From a bacterium (lineage in GTDB: Bacteria > JAMCPX01), in NCBI GenBank assembly GCA_021787655.1, contig JAJYLM010000003.1, positions 1 to 35,960 on the forward strand: a stretch of 35,960 nucleotides of DNA, written 5' to 3'. This document shows positions 26,170 through 35,959 of this stretch, piece after piece. The position numbers and the translations under genes were made by a program. Below the pieces are notes generated by a model, which worked only from the letters and a program-made list of their open reading frames with translations, was not told the DNA's origin and ran no database searches. Each line of letters begins with the position of its first letter. Positions within the stretch are counted from its first letter, which is position 1.

Positions 26170-26889
26170 TTATAAATAAAAAATCAGGTTGAGTCCGACG
26201 CTTAAATTGTCAAGCGGTGCAATGGATTTACCGTCCTTCTGGTAGAGATTAATGTGCCTGTATCTGAGTTCGAGGCCCAGTGATGTAAACGATGTCAGAT
26301 ATGTTTCTAAACCAATCATGCCCTGGCCGCCTGCACCGAAACCGGATTGTGATTCCTGGCCTCCGTTGATCTGCTGTTTGACGGAAAGCGATGCCATATA
26401 GACCGGCCCGATGCCTGCATAGAGCGCAAAGGTATTCAGGGGAACGTAGAGCAGGATGTTCAGGGATACCGGAAAACCGGAACATGAAGTGTCGACTGTT
26501 GTCCCCGATATCGTGCCTGACGAACGGCCGTAGAGGTAATCAAACTCTGCACTCAGCATGAGGTCCTCGGTAATGCCGTACCGCGCAGCTATTCCCAGGG
26601 TGCCGATGGATCCGGTCTGGTTGCTGATGCTGGTTGTTGCGGCAGCATTCGTGCTGTACGACGCATAAGCGATGTTGGTATCGAGGGACCATCTGTTTTT
26701 GATGGATCGTCCCCCGGTATCGGGAGAGACGGGTACTGCAGACGGGATCGCAATACTTGATACCGTGAGCGGTGTTCCGGTCCCTGTCGTGAAATCTTGT
26801 GCAGCAGCAGCATATGCAGGTATGCAGGAAACTGCGGACAGGATGAGGATCAGCAGTGCTGATCTGATTGGAGCGGTGATCGTATTCAT
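26170..26889 (-). CDS. Small outer-membrane beta-barrel protein (OmpW/OmpA-TM-like)
   Basis: Signal peptide, alternating hydrophobic strands (LYAGIGPVY, GFGAGGQGMIGLETY, LGLELRYR), terminal GLNLIFYL. Confidence 0.7.
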   Translation of the reverse strand: MNTITAPIRSALLILILSAVSCIPAYAAAAQDFTTGTGTPLTVSSIAIPSAVPVSPDTGGRSIKNRWSLDTNIAYASYSTNAAATTSISNQTGSIGTLGIAARYGITEDLMLSAEFDYLYGRSSGTISGTTVDTSCSGFPVSLNILLYVPLNTFALYAGIGPVYMASLSVKQQINGGQESQSGFGAGGQGMIGLETYLTSFTSLGLELRYRHINLYQKDGKSIAPLDNLSVGLNLIFYL

Positions 26890-27341
26890 CAGAATTTTTC
26901 TCCTTTTGCCTCTCGAATTTGACTGCCTATCGGCTTGATTCTGTTCCAGATGTTGATAAAGAACAGTACGATTCCGGCTATCTCACCGAACGAGCCCGCG
27001 ACGACCGTCCCTGCAATCCACGGTGACAGGACGATGCTCCCGGCAATTTCTGCCGCGGATCGTACCAGGATCGACAGAAACATGAGATAGAAGGTGATTT
27101 CTGCAAGCAGGGGACTGTAAAATACCTTTTCCCGGGGCCTCGGGAAAAGCCAGAGTGCTATGCCCATGATCAGCATCATGACAAAGCCGACAAGGATCAA
27201 GTGTGTATGCGCCGTGATCAGGGACTGTGGTACCGCCGCATCCGAAATGTTGATCCTGTACGACATAAAACCGCCCAGCAATAATCCCATCACCAGGAAC
27301 AGGATGGCTGATTTTACATAATACCGCGCTAACGTAAACAT
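26889..27341 (-). CDS. Four-TM membrane protein resembling a short fragment of heme-copper oxidase subunit I
   Basis: YVKSAILFLVMGLLLG...AHTHLILVGFVMMLIMGIALWLFPR: HxH-L-xx-G motif; stop overlaps start of 26170..26889. Confidence 0.6.
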   Translation of the reverse strand: MFTLARYYVKSAILFLVMGLLLGGFMSYRINISDAAVPQSLITAHTHLILVGFVMMLIMGIALWLFPRPREKVFYSPLLAEITFYLMFLSILVRSAAEIAGSIVLSPWIAGTVVAGSFGEIAGIVLFFINIWNRIKPIGSQIREAKGEKF

Positions 27342-27538
27342 GAACCGTTTCCGGCAGCAGGCATTTTGTTCACGTTGCTCACGGACAACGTGGAGCGTAG
27401 AGCGTCATTCCTCATGGAGAAATTGTTTGCATAGTATTCCTGTTATTGCAAGAGAAAAGAAGCACCCCGGACTGTTCTTGGAATCGTTGAACTTACTGCC
27501 CCGATATGGTAAACGTCTGCATAAGCGGAGGAGGGTGT

Positions 27539-29323
27539 ATGGAAGAAAACATTGCTCAGAGCCTTTATAACAGGGCACAGACTCATCCGGATGAACCTGC
27601 ATTGATGTTCAAAGAAAACGGTACGTATGTTACGAGGTCCGTATCGTGGTTTTGGGGGAGGGTGCAGAACATTGCGTCCGGTCTTCTCACCCTGGGTATC
27701 CGCGAAACGGACAAAGTGGCCATCATGAGCGGAACGCGGGTCGAATGGACGCTCGCGGACCTTGCGATCATTTCGTTGCGGTGCATCACCTCGACCATCT
27801 ATCCCTCGCTGCTCGAAAAGGATATCAGGTTCATTCTGGATAATTCTGATGCACGCTGCGTGTTCGTCGAAAATGCAGCACTCCTGGACCGTGTCCTTGC
27901 CGTACGGCATGAGCTGCCGAACCTCGTCGGGATCGTCGTGTTTGAGGATGGAGCCGCCGGACACGAGGGCGTTATCACCCTGAAGCAGCTCGAAGAGTCG
28001 GGGAAGAACAATGCCGGGCAGGATGAGATCAAGAGGCGTATGAATGCCATCACCATGGACGACGTTGCGACCATCATCTACACCTCTGGTACGACCGGTC
28101 CGCCGAAGGGTGCCGAGATCATCCACAGGAATATCATCACGAACCTGAAAGACCTGCTGTCCCTCAGCTTCAATCTGCCCGACGATATCACGATGGGGTA
28201 TCTGCCGCTCGCCCACGCGTACGAACGGATCAACCAGTTCGGCGCGATCTACACACACATGATCTATGCATTCGCGGAGAACCTCGATTCTGTGGCGAAA
28301 AACATAGGAGAAGTAAGGCCCACGATACTCCCGGGCGTGCCGAGGGTTTATGAAAAGATCTACGCACGGATCATCAATGAAATAGAACACAGTTCCCGTC
28401 TCAAGAAAAAAATATTCTTTTGGGCACTCAAGACGGGCAAGGCGTCGCTTCCGTACAGGCTTGAAGAGAGGCCCATGCCCCCGGTCATCCGTCTCAAGTA
28501 CCAGCTTGCGCGGATACTCGTCTTCAACAAACTCAGCGGAAAGCTCGGCGGCAGGCTGCGGATAGGCATAACGGCAGCAGCGCCGCTCTCGCCGTCCATC
28601 ATCGAGTTTTTCAACGCGCTCGGCATACCAATCTACGAGGGCTACGGCATGACCGAAACGTTCGCACCGGCCGTGGTCAGTTACGGAAAGAATTTCAAGA
28701 TAGGCTATGTCGGAAAACCCCTGCCCAGTATGCAGGTAAAGATAGGCGACGACGGCGAGATTCTCATGAAGGGGCCGGCCGTGTTCAAGGGATACTACAA
28801 GAAGCCCGAAGGAACGCCTGCGATGATCGACGATCAGGGCTGGCTGCATTCCGGCGATCTTGGAGACATCGACAGAGACGGCTTTGTCAGGATCACCGGC
28901 AGGAAGAAAGACCTCATCATAACGGCAGGGGGGAAGAACATAACGCCGCAAAACATCGAGAACATCTATACCTCGGACCCGTTCATCGCCCAGTGTGTTC
29001 CCTATGGCGACAATAAGAAGTACCTTACCGCCGTGCTCGTGCTGAACGAACAGGAGATAACTGTCTGGGCACAGCAGCAGAACATAGCGTTCAAGGATTA
29101 CCGCGATCTGACCGGAAACATGCAGGTCTACTCGTTTATCAGGAAAAAGGCGGATGCGCTGAACGAACGCCTCGCCTCGTTCGAGACGATCAAAAAGTTC
29201 ATCATTTCGGATCATGATTTTACCCTCGAATCGGGCGAACTCACGCCGACCATGAAGGTGAAGAAGAACAAGGTCATCGAGAAATTCAGGGACCAGCTTG
29301 ACAGTCTGTACGAGAAGGACTGA
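27539..29323 (+). CDS. fadD: Long-chain-fatty-acid--CoA ligase (AMP-binding)
   Basis: IIYTSGTTGPPKG, YLPLAHAYER, EGYGMTET, GWLHSGDLG, ITGRKKDLIITAGGKNI, ELTPTMKVK; start ATG 27539 behind GGAGGAGG. Confidence 0.92.
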   Translation: MEENIAQSLYNRAQTHPDEPALMFKENGTYVTRSVSWFWGRVQNIASGLLTLGIRETDKVAIMSGTRVEWTLADLAIISLRCITSTIYPSLLEKDIRFILDNSDARCVFVENAALLDRVLAVRHELPNLVGIVVFEDGAAGHEGVITLKQLEESGKNNAGQDEIKRRMNAITMDDVATIIYTSGTTGPPKGAEIIHRNIITNLKDLLSLSFNLPDDITMGYLPLAHAYERINQFGAIYTHMIYAFAENLDSVAKNIGEVRPTILPGVPRVYEKIYARIINEIEHSSRLKKKIFFWALKTGKASLPYRLEERPMPPVIRLKYQLARILVFNKLSGKLGGRLRIGITAAAPLSPSIIEFFNALGIPIYEGYGMTETFAPAVVSYGKNFKIGYVGKPLPSMQVKIGDDGEILMKGPAVFKGYYKKPEGTPAMIDDQGWLHSGDLGDIDRDGFVRITGRKKDLIITAGGKNITPQNIENIYTSDPFIAQCVPYGDNKKYLTAVLVLNEQEITVWAQQQNIAFKDYRDLTGNMQVYSFIRKKADALNERLASFETIKKFIISDHDFTLESGELTPTMKVKKNKVIEKFRDQLDSLYEKD

Positions 29324-29335
29324 ACCGGGGCACGG

Positions 29336-30112
29336 TCAGCGTGTCCCGAGGTACGCCTCGATAACGGCCTTGTTTTTCTTGATATCGTCCGGCAGGCCCT
29401 CTGCAAGCTTCTTCCCGTAATCGAGCACCACGATCCAGTTGGCAATGTCGGACACAAACCGCATATCATGCTCGATAAGGATGACGTTGATCGACTGTTC
29501 CCGGATCCTGCCGATTGCCCGCACGAGCTCTGTTTTCTCGGTCGGATTGAGTCCGGCGGCCGGTTCGTCGAGCAGGAGCAGCTGCGGCCTGGTGATGAGT
29601 CCCCGGGCGAGTTCGAGCAGCTTCCGCTCTCCGTAGGAAAGCTCCCCGGCCTTTCGGTCCTTCTTTCCTGCCAGGCCCACGAATGCGAGAAGGTCCGCTG
29701 CTTCCTGCCTGAGCGCGGCCTCCCGTGCCCTGAACACAGGAGTATGGATCAGCATGTCCGTTATGCTGTACGAAAATTCTTTCCTCCTGAGTCCGCCGAT
29801 CATCACGTTGTCTTCGACGCTGACGTTGGTGAACAGCGCGAGGTTTTGAAAACTCCGGTAGATGCCGTGTGCAGCTATCTCGTGCGGTTTCCTGCCTGTC
29901 AATTCGACGGCACCCCGGTACACGATGCTGCCCGATGTGGGCCTGAGAAACCCTGTAATGCAGTTGAACAGGGTTGTCTTGCCCGCACCGTTGGGTCCTA
30001 TGATGCACAGGACTTCGCCCTTCCTGATCCCGATGGTGACGCGGTCGAGCGCCTTCAGGCCCCCGAACATGATGCTGATATCGGTGATGGAAAGGATGGT
30101 CCCGTCATCCAT
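29336..30112 (-). CDS. livG: Branched-chain amino acid ABC transporter ATP-binding protein
   Basis: FGGLKAL, IIGPNGAGKTT, FQNLALF, LSYGERK, LLLDEPAAG, IEHDM, VIEAYLG. Confidence 0.9.
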   Translation of the reverse strand: MDDGTILSITDISIMFGGLKALDRVTIGIRKGEVLCIIGPNGAGKTTLFNCITGFLRPTSGSIVYRGAVELTGRKPHEIAAHGIYRSFQNLALFTNVSVEDNVMIGGLRRKEFSYSITDMLIHTPVFRAREAALRQEAADLLAFVGLAGKKDRKAGELSYGERKLLELARGLITRPQLLLLDEPAAGLNPTEKTELVRAIGRIREQSINVILIEHDMRFVSDIANWIVVLDYGKKLAEGLPDDIKKNKAVIEAYLGTR

Positions 30113-30113
30113 A

Positions 30114-31232
30114 TTATGCCTTCTTTCCAAGGAGACCTTCCGGCCTGAACAGCATCATGGTGATCAGGAGTAGGGCGAAGATGAGCATTCTGTAGACGAC
30201 AAATCCCCGGAGCAGCTCCGGCAGCACGACCAGGGTAAATGCTCCGAGCATCACGCCGGCGATGTTTCCCATGCCGCCGAGGATGACCATGGCAAGAACG
30301 TAGACGGATTCGATGAACGTAAAGCTGTCCGGAGACACGAACATCTGCTTGGATGCGAACAGCACGCCCGCAACGCCGCCGAAAAAGGCGCTGAGCATGA
30401 AGTAGACGGTCTTCACCGCATAGGTGTTGATACCCACCATTGCGGATGCCCGTTCGTTCTCCCGGATGGCAACGGCATACCTGCCGAACCTGCATTGCTT
30501 GATCCGTACCAGTACATAAACCTGGAGTATGACGAAGCACAGGACAAGGTAGGTGAAACTCATACCGGAGAGAAACCCGATCCACGGCAGCCATGGCCGG
30601 GGGACGTTCATGATGCCGTTCGGTCCGTTGGTCAGGCTGTCCCAGTTGTTGAACACGATCCGCACGATCTCGCCGAATCCGAGCGTCGCTATGGCGAGGT
30701 AATCACCCCGTAGACGCAGGGTCGGGATCGCGATGATAAGACTGAAAACGGAGGCAGCAGCCCCTCCGGCGGCCAGCGCGATCCAGAAACTGATGCCGAA
30801 CCGTGCAGCGAGGATTGCATACGTGTATGCGCCGATGCCGTAGAACGCGATATACCCGAGATTGAGCAGACCAAGGTCGCCGACGAGGAGGTTCAGACCA
30901 AGTGCGAGCATCATGTAGAACAGGACCGAGGTGAAGACATCGAGGCTGTAGCTGTTCAGCAGCAGCGGTGCGGCGATAGCGGCAGCGAGCACGAAGACCC
31001 ACGCATGGCGGACGGCCCGTGATGATTCCAGACGGGCCCGGAGCAGGCCGTGCGGACGCCGAAGCCCCCTGCGCCTGGTGATGACGGTGAAAACAATGAT
31101 GCCCGCAAGCATGAAGAGAGCGGCAGCGGTTGCCCTGGAGAACCCCATGATCGGGAACGCTATCGCCGCAGTCCATACGGCCGGGAGCACGTATGTTGTG
31201 AACAGTGTCCTGATCGACGGGACGGAGGTCAC
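30114..31232 (-). CDS. livM: Branched-chain amino acid ABC transporter permease
   Basis: LGLNLLVG..GLLNLGYIAFYGIGAY, LRLRGDYLAIATLGFGEIVR, TNGPNG, VILGGMG, FRPEGL. Confidence 0.92.
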   Translation of the reverse strand: MTSVPSIRTLFTTYVLPAVWTAAIAFPIMGFSRATAAALFMLAGIIVFTVITRRRGLRRPHGLLRARLESSRAVRHAWVFVLAAAIAAPLLLNSYSLDVFTSVLFYMMLALGLNLLVGDLGLLNLGYIAFYGIGAYTYAILAARFGISFWIALAAGGAAASVFSLIIAIPTLRLRGDYLAIATLGFGEIVRIVFNNWDSLTNGPNGIMNVPRPWLPWIGFLSGMSFTYLVLCFVILQVYVLVRIKQCRFGRYAVAIRENERASAMVGINTYAVKTVYFMLSAFFGGVAGVLFASKQMFVSPDSFTFIESVYVLAMVILGGMGNIAGVMLGAFTLVVLPELLRGFVVYRMLIFALLLITMMLFRPEGLLGKKA

Positions 31233-32122
31233 GCCTGTCCCTTTCCGAAAAGCCCGGACGGCTTGATCAGCAGGATCAGGATGAGGATGATGAAAGCAAA
31301 GGCGTCTTTGTAGTCAGGTGAAATGTACGCGGCGCCCAGGCTTTCCATCAGTCCGAGCAGCAGGCCGCCCACCATGGCCCCGCGGATATCGCCGATGCCG
31401 CCGAGCACTGCTGCGGTAAATGCCTTGATGCCTGCGAGGTAGCCGATGGAGAAATTCACCATGCCGTAGTAGAATCCGATGAGCACGCCTGCAACACCCG
31501 CAAGCCCGGAGCCCACGATGAACGTGATCGAGATAACGGTGTTGACATTGATGCCGACGAGCTGTGCCGTAACCGGGTCCTGCGAGACGGCCTTCATCGC
31601 CCATCCGGTCATTGTCCGGTTCACGAACAGATCGAGGAGCAGCATGACCGCAAGCGCAACAGCGAATATCAGGACCTGGTTGACCGTTACGGAAACACCG
31701 TGGATGTTGAAGGCGGTGTTCAGGACCGCGAGAGAGACATAACTCTTGTCCGATGCCCCCTGTCCGATCATGACGAAATTCTGCAAAAATATGGATGCAC
31801 CGAGTGCCGTTATCAGCAGGGACAGCCGCGATGAGTTCCGAATGGGCTTGTATGCGAATTTCTCAACGCTCAGTCCATACGCCATGGACAGGAACATTCC
31901 GCCGGTCATCGCGAGCAGGATGGTCCCGAAGCCGGACGTGTGGTGCGCGCCGACCAGAGCAAGGACGAGCAGGCCGCCGTAGGCACCGATCATATAGATC
32001 TCGCCATGTGCGAAGTTGATAAGCTCGATGATGCCGTAGACCATGGTATAACCGAGTGCGATCAGGGCGTAGACGCTGCCTGCTGTCAAGCCGTTGATCA
32101 CCTGCTGGATAAAAATTTTCAT
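31229..32122 (-). CDS. livH: Branched-chain amino acid ABC transporter permease
   Basis: INGLTAGSVYALIALGYTMVYGIIELINFAHGE, KAFTAAVLGGIG, KPSGLFG. Confidence 0.95.
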   Translation of the reverse strand: MKIFIQQVINGLTAGSVYALIALGYTMVYGIIELINFAHGEIYMIGAYGGLLVLALVGAHHTSGFGTILLAMTGGMFLSMAYGLSVEKFAYKPIRNSSRLSLLITALGASIFLQNFVMIGQGASDKSYVSLAVLNTAFNIHGVSVTVNQVLIFAVALAVMLLLDLFVNRTMTGWAMKAVSQDPVTAQLVGINVNTVISITFIVGSGLAGVAGVLIGFYYGMVNFSIGYLAGIKAFTAAVLGGIGDIRGAMVGGLLLGLMESLGAAYISPDYKDAFAFIILILILLIKPSGLFGKGQA

Positions 32123-32285
32123 ACCCTGCCGTATAGCATACCTTGTGCAGATCAGACAACCCTGGAAAGGGAAGTGATGCCGTCGATCCTCAACGATATG
32201 TGCTCACGAGACAAAGTAGAAAGACGGGCTCACAGTAACAAAAAATGCGCTTGGCCAATGAGGAAACTTCTTTATCCGAACCCGG

Positions 32286-33692
32286 TTATCTCGCCGTACC
32301 GGTGATCCGGTGTACCGAAAGGATCTCCCTGAGCTGACGCCGTGTCAGCAGCCCCTTTTCCAGGATGACATCGATCACCGGCCTTTTTTCCCTGACTGCC
32401 TGTTTGACGACCTCGGCGGCACGAAGGTAGCCGATCCGCGTGTTCAGGACAGTCGCAATGGCCGGTGTATGGATAAAATAGGAATACATCCGTTCCCGGT
32501 TTGCACTAATGCCGCGGACGGCCTTATCCGCGAATACGGGCAGAAAGTTACTCAGCAGTTCTACGGATTCAAGCAGGGTATTTGCCATGACCGGCATCAT
32601 AACGTTCAGCTCAAGTTGTCCCGCCTGCTCTGCCATGGAGACGGTCAGCCCGTTGCCCATGATCCTGAAGCAGATCATGTCCAGGGCTTCAGCCATGACC
32701 GGATTCGCCTTGCCCGGCATGATCGAAGAACCCGGCTGGACAGCCGGGAGGTTTATCTCTGCAAGCCCGGTGACCGGACCGGATGAGAGCAGTCTCAGAT
32801 CGTTTGCGATCCTGATAAGTTCGATCGCGAGACTACTGAGCAGACCGGACGTATGACTCATGGCAAGCCGGGACTGCAGTCCCTCTCTCGCGTCCCGGGA
32901 CGCAAACAGCCTGAGGCCGGTCAGCCTGCGGAGGTTCCTGATTGCCGTCCTGCGGTATCCACGCGGCGTATTGATACCGGTCCCTGCTGCCGTGCCGCCG
33001 AGAGGGATTTCGAGCAGTGTCGGACCCCGGGAGGGTGCGCTCACTCCACGGAGCATGGATATTGTTTTGCGGATGGTTTCGGCGTACGCATGGAACTCCT
33101 GTCCGAGGGTCACCGGAACCGCGTCCTGCAGGTGCGTCCTGCCGGATTTCAGGAGCGTCCTGAACGACCGGGCCTTGTTCAGAAGAGCGGACTCGAGCTG
33201 CTGTAAGGCAGGGATGAGCTTTGCTATGTCCGTCAGCAATGCGACGTGCGCTGCAGACGGAAAGGTGTCATTGGTCGATTGCGACATGTTCACGTGGTCG
33301 TTCGGGCTTAACCATGTGTATTCACCCCTGTGCCGGCCCAGATATCCGAGAGCAATATTCGCGATGACCTCGTTCACGTTCATGTTCAGGGACGTTCCGG
33401 CGCCTGCCTGGTACTTGTCGATTACGAACTGGTCTGCGTACCTGCCGCCGAGGATGTCGTCGCATGAACGGAGGATGGCACCAGCCCTCTTTTTGTCGAG
33501 CACTCCGAGTTCCCGGTTGGTCAATGCACAGGCCTTCTTGACGAGCACGTATGCCCGCACCAGCGAAGGGTGGTTTTTCTCACCGCTGACCGGGAAGTTG
33601 GACAGCGCACGCACCGTCTGCACACCGTAGTATGCCTGCGCGGGAACGGCGACGCTGCCGAGAGAATCTTGTTCAATGCGCTGTTTTTTCAT
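32286..33692 (-). CDS. aspA: Aspartate ammonia-lyase (class II fumarase/aspartase family)
   Basis: YYGVQTVRA..NF, QAGAGTSLNMNVNEVIAN, PNDHVNMSQSTND, KSGRTHLQDAVP, QPGSSIMPGKANPV, GQLELNVM; fumC not fully excluded. Confidence 0.82.
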   Translation of the reverse strand: MKKQRIEQDSLGSVAVPAQAYYGVQTVRALSNFPVSGEKNHPSLVRAYVLVKKACALTNRELGVLDKKRAGAILRSCDDILGGRYADQFVIDKYQAGAGTSLNMNVNEVIANIALGYLGRHRGEYTWLSPNDHVNMSQSTNDTFPSAAHVALLTDIAKLIPALQQLESALLNKARSFRTLLKSGRTHLQDAVPVTLGQEFHAYAETIRKTISMLRGVSAPSRGPTLLEIPLGGTAAGTGINTPRGYRRTAIRNLRRLTGLRLFASRDAREGLQSRLAMSHTSGLLSSLAIELIRIANDLRLLSSGPVTGLAEINLPAVQPGSSIMPGKANPVMAEALDMICFRIMGNGLTVSMAEQAGQLELNVMMPVMANTLLESVELLSNFLPVFADKAVRGISANRERMYSYFIHTPAIATVLNTRIGYLRAAEVVKQAVREKRPVIDVILEKGLLTRRQLREILSVHRITGTAR

Positions 33693-33731
33693 GAACGGAC
33701 GCCTCGGTGATGACCGGAACCGGCTGTGCCG

Positions 33732-34163
33732 TTACCGTATCAGGAGCCTCCAGGTATAATGAATCGTGAAGCTGCCGAAACCGATGCTCACCAGGTTGAT
33801 GAGGACTTCGAAAAACATACCGGTGTTCATGTTTTTATACATCCCGTTCTCGATGTTATACAGGACATCCATCAATCCGAGGAACACGAACGTGCCTCCT
33901 GCAACAATGCCCCAGAGTACGCCTGCCGTTTCGTGGTGATACAGGTAATGTGCAGACAGGAAGAAGGCAATACTCATCCAGAGGTCTGCAGCGACGAAGC
34001 TCCTCTGAAACACCATATAACACCGTTCGTTGGATGACTGGACACTGTTCGGGACGAAGAAAAATAATATCCAGAAGATGATCGTAAACACACCGGCAAG
34101 AACCTCGAGAACGATAAATGTCATGGATGCAGTCGCGAGCGGCAGAAACCCTGGTATATGCAT
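33732..34163 (-). CDS. Hypothetical four-TM membrane protein
   Basis: AAGGAGG RBS before ATG 34163; four hydrophobic segments; FQRSFVAADLW, FLGLMDVLYNIENG. Confidence 0.7.
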   Translation of the reverse strand: MHIPGFLPLATASMTFIVLEVLAGVFTIIFWILFFFVPNSVQSSNERCYMVFQRSFVAADLWMSIAFFLSAHYLYHHETAGVLWGIVAGGTFVFLGLMDVLYNIENGMYKNMNTGMFFEVLINLVSIGFGSFTIHYTWRLLIR

Positions 34164-34417
34164 AGGAACCTCCTTAACGGTTTTTATAAAAACCGGATAC
34201 CACGAATGCCGCGTTGTGACAAGAGAAGACTGATCTGTGCTGACAGCTTCTGCCGCACACGTCCTGCTTGTCATAACGACACGTTTGGCATATTGTTATG
34301 CCATCGGTTTGTCCCGCGGTGCAGGGCGGAACCGGAATAACATGCACGCTCCTGGGGGAACGGGATGATTCTTGCAGTATCCTTTCTGACGGGGTTGGCA
34401 AAAAAGGCGGATGGGGT

Positions 34418-35413
34418 ATGTTCGAACGAACGGTTTTGGTCACTGGTGCAGGAGGGTTTATCGGGTCGTTTTTGTGCAGGAGGCTGTCTGCGGACGGATT
34501 CCGGATACGGGCACTTGCATTCCCCGGGGAAAACATGGAACACCTGCAGGCCCTCGGCGCCGATATCCGTACCGGTGATCTGACGAAGCCTGCAACCATC
34601 AAGGGCATAGCCGATGGCGTGGACATCGCCTATCACCTTGCCGGCCGGGTGACTGACTGGGGTCCGAAGAAGGTGTTCGAGGAGGCAATCGTCGATGCGA
34701 CAAGGAACCTGGTTGCAGAGGCTGCATGCAAGGTCCAGAGGTTTGTCTACATAAGCTCATTCTGCGCATGCGGCATGGGCAGGCACCTGAAGGGCATGAC
34801 AGAAGACGGCCAGATGTTCAAAACAGGCATTCCGTATGGAGACGCAAAGCTGGATGCCGAGGCTGTGGTCATGGACTATCACCGGAAGAAGGGCATGACC
34901 TATACGATCGTCAGGCCGGCGAATGTCATCGGTCCGGGCAGCATCTGGGTCAGGGACGTGTTTGAGAGGCTGCACGTGTCCGGCGTACCGCTGATCGACC
35001 ACGGACGCTACAGTGCGAGCCTCGTCTCTGTGGAAAATCTCGTCGATGGCCTCGTGCTGGCAGGTACCAGAGAAGAAGCGAAGAACAGGGCATATTTTTT
35101 CCGTGACGACTGGGATGTTACGTGGGCGCACTATCTATCCGACCTCGGCGCCATCGCCGGGAAACGCCCATCATTCAGCGTCCCGTTCAGGGCAGCATGG
35201 CTTGGCGCCGCCGTCGTCGAGCGGATCTATGCGCCTTTCCACGCCCGTCCGCCGGCCACAAGAGCTGCCGTTGCGATCATGGGCAGGGACATGGATGTCG
35301 ATAACAGCAGGGCAAAAGCCGAGCTTGGCTGGAAAACGCGGGTCACGTACGAACAGGCCATGAAGACGATAGAAGCCTGGGTAAGAAGCGAATTGTTCAC
35401 CGGTAAAAAATAG
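34418..35413 (+). CDS. Extended SDR, 3-beta-HSD/epimerase-like
   Basis: VLVTGAGGFIG, YHLAG, FVYISS, YGDAK, IVRPANVIGPG, AKAELGW; start ATG 34418. Confidence 0.88.
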   Translation: MFERTVLVTGAGGFIGSFLCRRLSADGFRIRALAFPGENMEHLQALGADIRTGDLTKPATIKGIADGVDIAYHLAGRVTDWGPKKVFEEAIVDATRNLVAEAACKVQRFVYISSFCACGMGRHLKGMTEDGQMFKTGIPYGDAKLDAEAVVMDYHRKKGMTYTIVRPANVIGPGSIWVRDVFERLHVSGVPLIDHGRYSASLVSVENLVDGLVLAGTREEAKNRAYFFRDDWDVTWAHYLSDLGAIAGKRPSFSVPFRAAWLGAAVVERIYAPFHARPPATRAAVAIMGRDMDVDNSRAKAELGWKTRVTYEQAMKTIEAWVRSELFTGKK

Positions 35414-35435
35414 GGACGAAGTTTGTTCATGATAC

Positions 35436-35476
35436 GATGAAGCAATGCTCTTCCGTATATGGAGCATTGCTTCATC
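35436..35476. terminator. Long hairpin between convergent genes, likely bidirectional terminator
   Basis: GATGAAGCAATGCTC / GAGCATTGCTTCATC perfect 15-bp stem, 11-nt loop; no clear U-tract. Confidence 0.6.
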
Positions 35477-35509
35477 AGCTGACCTTAACCCAGGCTGCGT
35501 CAGAAACGG

Positions 35510-35959
35510 TTATCTGAATGCCTGAACGTTGCCGGCCCTGCTGTTTGCAGGTCCGGAAAAACCTGAGTTCCCTGATTGTCGATACTGTGTTTGGAACGCA
35601 GGTGCCTGCTGCTGAGAAAAATTATTGGACTGCCCGAATTGCTGCCGGGGTGCTGAAAAGGCAGTGGACTGTCCAAAGTGCGCCTGCGGCTGTATGACCT
35701 GCCTGATTTGCTGCGGTTGTTGCTGCCTGGAAAATCCGTTGGTCTGCCGGAATTGTGTCTGGCTGAACTGTGTCCGGGGTTGTACCGGCTGACTGTAGTT
35801 CTGCTGTGGACGGTTGACCATGCTGTTGCCCGGGCTGAGCAGTGCAGGCTGTGTGCCCTGTCTGAACTGGTTGGCAGGCTGTCGTGCGACGAAATTATTG
35901 TGCTGGTTCTGTTGCTGCGGCGGTACAGCCAGTCTGAACCCGTTGCGTGGCTGCTGCGG
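35510..35959 (-). CDS. C-terminal Q/N/S/G/F-rich low-complexity tail of a gene starting beyond the window
   Basis: Frame stays open from 35821 to the window end (PQQPRNGFRLAVPPQQQNQHNNFVARQPANQFRQGTQPALLSPGNS-MVNRPQQN...). Confidence 0.7.
   Translation of the reverse strand, partial: PQQPRNGFRLAVPPQQQNQHNNFVARQPANQFRQGTQPALLSPGNSMVNRPQQNYSQPVQPRTQFSQTQFRQTNGFSRQQQPQQIRQVIQPQAHFGQSTAFSAPRQQFGQSNNFSQQQAPAFQTQYRQSGNSGFSGPANSRAGNVQAFR

Noticed and set aside
27443-29215. 590-aa ORF antisense to fadD
   Set aside because: Shadow frame of a well-conserved gene; no recognisable motifs.
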